Origin: the human T2T-CHM13v2.0 reference genome, Homo sapiens
DNA: 64,000 nucleotides
Direction: 5' to 3' (one strand)
NCBI RefSeq assembly: GCF_009914755.1
Contig: NC_060933.1
Shown here: one piece after another, positions 57,981 through 64,000 of the stretch
How the letters are laid out: each line of letters begins with the position of its first letter
Position numbering within the stretch: position 1 is the first letter of the stretch
Notes under the pieces: generated by a model
Databases searched by the model: none
The model's input: only the letters and a program-made list of their open reading frames with translations
What the model was told of the DNA's origin: nothing
Position numbers and translations under genes: made by a program

Positions 57981-58065
57981 ATATTCATATATGACAGGAA
58001 TTCTCCAAAAATGATAAAGAATAGAGAGAAAGAAGCAAGTCATCTAACAGACAAATAGTACAAGT

Positions 58066-58170
58066 ATGGAATATCTATATCTCTGTTTATGTGTATGTCT
58101 ATGTCTACTTGTACATCTATGTCTGTGTCTCACATCTATGTCTACTTCTACATTAGTATCTTTATCTATG
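58066..58170. repeat. Degenerate (TATGTC)n simple repeat
   Basis: tatgtgtatgtctatgtctacttgtacatctatgtctgtgtc... Confidence 0.7.
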
Positions 58171-58974
58171 CTTGCTGGTTTTTTCCACCATACAGACACA
58201 AATATCATTGTATTGATTCTCAGGGAGGGATTTTATTTGAGGCAGTTTTTAGAAAAGATTTTCAGAGAAAAATTTGTGTTACTGAGAATAACGACTTCTA
58301 ACAATAGAGCATATACTTGGGTTTTCTAGCAGTAAGTAGAAAGAGAAAAAGCTAGGATATATGAGATAGAGTTTGAAATCCACATGACTAAAAGAGACTT
58401 AACTTGGATCAGTTGACAAGGTTGTGAGCCTTCCTCAATTAGTACAGTGGCCACAATATCAGGAGAGTGACTACTTGGCACCGTTGTTGAATGTTGAATG
58501 AGGCACTGCACTGCAGAGGTCAAACAGAGTGGTCAACAGGAGGATAAAATCTGGATAGATTAAGACAATCCATTCTCTGGCCATTTCATCTATGTACTTA
58601 TGCAAGAGGAATGCTTGTAATTATCAGAGCCATGCAGTAAAATCCCAGAAACTTTGAAAATTTGCTAAGTATGTGTTCTTATCCTAGTAAACTGAGATTA
58701 ATAAAGGAGAATACTGATTTCCCTTTTTTCTTTTTAATTCTTGTGTTTATTTAGTTATATAGTCTGGTATTACAAGAATCTCTTCCATGTTAATAGCTAA
58801 GAAATAACCAAAAACCTGGAAGAAACCAAAATTTATGAGTCACTTCCTTAGGAAATATCAGATAAATATAAATGACACTTAAAACAAAATAATGTCTAAA
58901 TTTGCCTTTGCTATTGCTGTTATTAGTTTGGAAGTGCTCTTATAAAATACCTGAAAAAACAAATGACTAAGCTA

Positions 58975-59190
58975 CTGATGATGATTATAACAATGACAAT
59001 AGATAACATTTTATCAATTACAAATACTTTTATTTATGTTTCAAATCTCTCTTAAAATTATTTTGTAAAGTTACATGATATCACTTCATGTATAAAGGTG
59101 AGGAAATAGATTCAGAAAAGACAAGTGATTTTCTGAGAACATACACGTGACTAATGGCAGGCCGTCTGGTTTTAGTTCTTACATAGTCTA
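58975..59190 (-). mobile_element. MIR/MIR3 fragment
   Basis: aaaggtgaggaaatagattcagaaaagacaagtgattttctgagaacatacac. Confidence 0.55.
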
Positions 59191-59689
59191 TTGCATCATA
59201 CTGCATTTCTGTCTTTGAAGAAAAAGAAAACTAGCAGAAAATATACTCTTTTCATCACAGCACAAAAATCCAGAAAAAAAAAGCCTATCACATTACAAGA
59301 CTCATTTCTGAGTGAAAGAGAATTATTTTTGATAGCAAAAATAATCTTCAGTTCACAGTAGTAGAGCAACTTTGGAGACAGCTGGTGTAAGTGAAACAGC
59401 CACATGGTAAATGTATTCAGCCCTGAAATAGCCTCTGACACTACTCAACGAACTTGTAATGTGTCTTGCAGCTCGGGCTGCTCTTTGGAAACCACTGAGG
59501 GTGCAATCCTGCTGCCCTTGCATTTCTTTTATGCTCACATAACTCCCATTAACATTGCTCAAAGTTCAGGGTACTAGGAAGTAAGGGCAGTTTTCTCTCC
59601 TTCTTCAATTCTCAATAGCTTTGCAGTCACAGACATTTAGTGGCATTTTCTCAATAAGAAAGAGGTGTTTTGCACAGAAACAAGAAAGC

Positions 59690-59975
59690 TGCAGGGAAGC
59701 CCTGCTTACTGCAGGGAATCTCTGTATGTTGAGCCATGTGACACATGGCTCTGGTAGGGCACCAGATGCTTGGAACCACCTCAGGGCTCTAGACGGTGGG
59801 GAGGGAACTCCCATTGGCTCTGTGTACACCTGATTGGCTGTTTGACAGCAATGCCTTCTAGCCCAGCAGTTTTTGTTCCAGTACTCACCAGATGTAATTA
59901 GCAGAGTCAGAAGGAAGCAACTTAAAATCTGCCAAACTAGGTCTGTAACCTCATTGTTCGCTCATTAGTAATGCA
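59690..59975. promoter_or_regulatory. Candidate enhancer or promoter: double E-box palindrome, GC box, two reverse CCAAT boxes, TGACAG, SOX and homeobox motifs
   Basis: GAGCCATGTG-A-CACATGGCTC (59731-59751), GGTGGGGAGGG, ATTGG at 59813 and 59833 (CTGATTGGCTG), TGACAG, CAGATG x2, CATTGTT, TAATTA in non-repeat DNA. Motif-based inference only. Confidence 0.35.
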
Positions 59976-62089
59976 GGATATATGTTTAGAGCAACAAAAT
60001 TCCTATAAAAATACACAAAAGATTTCTTCACTCCTAAATTTTGTCATAGTTCCTCACTTTGTAAATGTCCTTTTATAAAATTGTCTCACAAAATGAGGAG
60101 TCATTTTCAATTGAGACCTGCTTTGGTTTACAATTTACAAAACTCATAAGGACATTCAGCAAAATAATAATTGGAGAAGCCCAGGGTATTGATGTAAACT
60201 TCTTATAGGTTAAGATTCTGCAAATTGCTTTCATATCTACTCAATTTCCATATGAATAATTATCTATACACTGATTTATTCATATATTACATTACATATT
60301 AAATGCACTGAGTGTTGGTATTTTAAAAAATGCAAAGTGAACATTATCCCTCAAAAACAGAAACAAAACTTCATCCCTAAACAAAATATTCCTCTTTAAA
60401 TTATTATTTTTTGATGAATGTGCTGTCTTTGAGATTTGAACTAATTCCTGAACACAATATCTTTATTTTTTCCTGAATTTTTTGCTAAAAATTTTGGCAT
60501 GCATATGTCAAAATTGTACTAGGTAAAACATGAGTTCTGTTTTGAAGCAGATGCAATTGAAGCTGTTTTCAAACCTTTTCAGCATTCCCAAATTACAAAA
60601 TAGGTAAGAGTCTGGAGTAAAAGAGACAAATGAAGATAATACACGTGTGTTTTTTTTCAAATCTACAGAACAATTTTAATTTTTCTTCCACTGATCCTTC
60701 CTTTGTTTTGATTTTTTAAAGCAGTGCAACATATGTTATGGCTAATCATATATGAGCCACTGGGAGAATAAATGCTGTCACTATAATTAATGGTGTAACT
60801 CACTCTGAGTATTTTCAGTATTAATAACCAAAATAGGAATTTTGTTTTAGTGTGAACAGGAACATATGTTGCTTTTTCCATTTTGTCTTTAAGAAATGAA
60901 AATGGTGAACCTGCTCATTCTTTTTAGTTTTTGGTGGCTGTGTTGATTAACAGCAGATCAGAGGAGTATGGTCAATGCCCTGTGTGCCAATGTGGCACAA
61001 TTTGTTGGCATTCCATTAGCCCTCAAGCCTCACTTTTTGCCTCTATTCTCAAGATAGTACAGGGCAGTGTAAGGGATTTCAGAGGTAATGAGTTAGTGCT
61101 CTGGATCGAACAAACAAAATTATAAGCAAGGAAGCAAGTGAAAATTTAATAACAGTGAAAACAACCTTTGCCTGTATTTCTAGGTTTGTATCAGGAACCC
61201 TCTTTAAAAGGATTCAACATTAAATAGTAACATTCTTGTCTGGCAGTAAAGAAATTTCTTATAGTTAAATCTGCTTTCTGTTTAAAGGTCTTATAGAGTG
61301 TTCACTTAACAGTATAAAAATTATGATCTCAATACATATGTAACTATAGTTTTTCCATGATAATTTTTGTTCCATTTGTTTGTTTGATTTTATTTTTTTC
61401 TATACTAAATTAGGGCCCGAAAATTTTAAAGTACCCTCATGAATATATGGATATTTTATGACCACATTAATTACCATGACAGGAAAAGGCATATGAAAAA
61501 AACTTCTCTGCTCTAGCAGTCATTTTTAGTATCCTTTTTAGAAAACGAAATAGTTCATGAAAAGACTGCCTATATGTTCTGGTTTCAAGGCAGACTTACT
61601 TTGTTTGTTTGTTTTAATTTATAATATGGTACTTTGAAGGGCAAAGTAGCATCACATGTTTACCTATACACTTTCAATTAAAAATTTAGATATTTTCAGT
61701 ATCTTCACCTCAACATTGGCACCATGTTGATTCCAAGGCTATCTAACCTATGAATAATATTGAGAATTTACTTCTAAAACTTACTAATAGATAGTTGTAT
61801 ACTTAGAAACAGAGCCAGCTTCATTTTCCTCAATCCCTTCTAATAGACACTAACACATTCTAAAGTGATATATAAGAAAACTGCTTTCTTATCTATTAGC
61901 TTTTTACCTAAATAAACAAATGGTAAAAGTATTTCTTCAATTAGAATTGTCATTTAGAACTACAGTTTAGTTATACCATTATTATTATCAATCATTGTTG
62001 AATTTTTCACAAATTATCATCAACATCATCAGCAAACAAAACTAACAAAGAGACCAAAATAAATAAATGGACTTTTGTATGTGTGTGTA

Positions 62090-62360
62090 ATCGATACTTG
62101 ATGTACAACAATATATAATTTTCATACACAGAGACCCTATGTGGCTACTCAATCCCAGTCTTTTGCTTCATGTACATTTGCTACCTTACTCAACCCATTC
62201 CATAAAGGTGTTTATTATGATCCCTATTTAGGGATGAGACAACTGGGACTTATATATGTAAAATGACTTGCTCAAGGCCACTCACTTAACTATATAGGCT
62301 GGAATTGTTATCCTTACCTCAGTATCTTTGCAATCTTTTATACCTTGTATCCTACTGCTT
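62090..62360 (-). mobile_element. MIR
   Basis: ttattatgatccctatttagggatgagacaactggga...aaatgacttgctcaaggccactcac. Confidence 0.65.
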
Positions 62361-62668
62361 TTAAACAACATTTAAATTTTATTTTAAAGAAAGAAGAAAT
62401 ATTTTTAAAAATTTGAGACATTTCAACGGGAAGTTCAGGGCATAGGATTGTAACTTCTGTACATATTTATGAAAGGTGCTATTTTGTCAATAATAGGTGT
62501 TCATTATCTTTAGTCAATGAAATGGCAGAGGGTGGGAGAAAAAAGATTTTGGTTGAAAGAAAACAATGAACAAAAAGCATGTTTGATCTACCATCGTATA
62601 GGATTTATCCAACAAGATAAAATTAGTCCCACCTAAAAAGTAATACAAAGTTTATAAAAATGTTTCTT

Positions 62669-63127
<459 letters not shown>

Positions 63128-63200
63128 CTAGGAAGAAAATATTGAGGAATGAAAGAGTGAGTAACTGAGTTATCAGTGCAATTAGTATAACAACATTGAA

Positions 63201-63480
<280 letters not shown>

Positions 63481-64000
63481 GAAAGTGATTTGTTTAGAAT
63501 AATTCCATGTGGACTATGACTTATGTTCACACTGAATGGCTGAAATGTAGTTGAGTCCTAAGAAATAGCATTAAAAACAAAATTATCTACTTTGTAACAA
63601 TATAAATAGTATGCTAAATGAGTAAATAGATTGTATGTGAAAATAGATATAATTCTACTACATCAAATGTTACAGGCAAAATATTTATATTCTGTTAGTG
63701 AGTTTAGTTTTTCCAAAGTAATCCTTTATTATATTTATAGATTTGATGTAAAAGTTCCCCTTCAGTTAATGCTGCCAAATACAGGTATTAAAGCTATCAC
63801 AAGTGCCTCAACAGGGAAAGCACTGAAGTCAGTCATTTAAGAATCTCCTACAAAATGGCACCTCAACTTGAAATATTCCTACTTGTATAAATAAAACTTC
63901 AGATTTTTTTATTTGTCTTTTAGAAAACAACATCATCTTGATTATTTACCTTTGCAGAGTTATCTGTTTTTATGTTTTATAACTTTTTAAAATTAGAAAT

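Noticed and set aside
60551-60603. Possible 53-nt plus-strand exon (gaagcag|ATG...TAG|GTAAGA)
   Set aside because: Good donor but weak acceptor and no corroborating feature.

Overview
AT-rich, CpG-depleted primate (most likely human) genomic DNA: an intergenic or deep-intronic stretch with no intact protein-coding gene, tRNA, rRNA or CRISPR array that I can support. About half of the window is recognisable interspersed repeat. It holds about 11 Alus (J, S and Y types, several with exact target-site duplications), old L1 (an internally deleted but end-complete L1MC/MD copy and two 5'-inverted short L1s), L2/MIR fragments and hAT/Tigger DNA transposon fossils. It is also unusually dense in LTR elements: three complete MaLR elements (THE1C, MSTA-like, THE1D), a two-LTR HERV16/LTR16 provirus, an ERVL internal remnant, and solo MER52, LTR47, LTR27 and LTR16C LTRs, many of them nested. 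Family names come from my recall of consensus sequences, not a database search, so subfamily labels are approximate. Nearly all long ORFs in the supplied track are repeat-derived. The best leads are: (i) exon-like, splice-site-bounded unique segments (minus-strand 29871-30140; plus-strand 33479-, 34629-34934 and a long coding-like block from 42383 split by LTR27), which could be a lncRNA or a decayed gene; (ii) intact DUX4-type motifs kept only in the 5' LTRs of the two outward-facing THE1 elements; (iii) a motif-dense candidate regulatory element at about 59.7-60.0 kb with a perfect 21-bp double E-box palindrome. I found no convincing evidence for a new biological system; these leads need computational or experimental checks.
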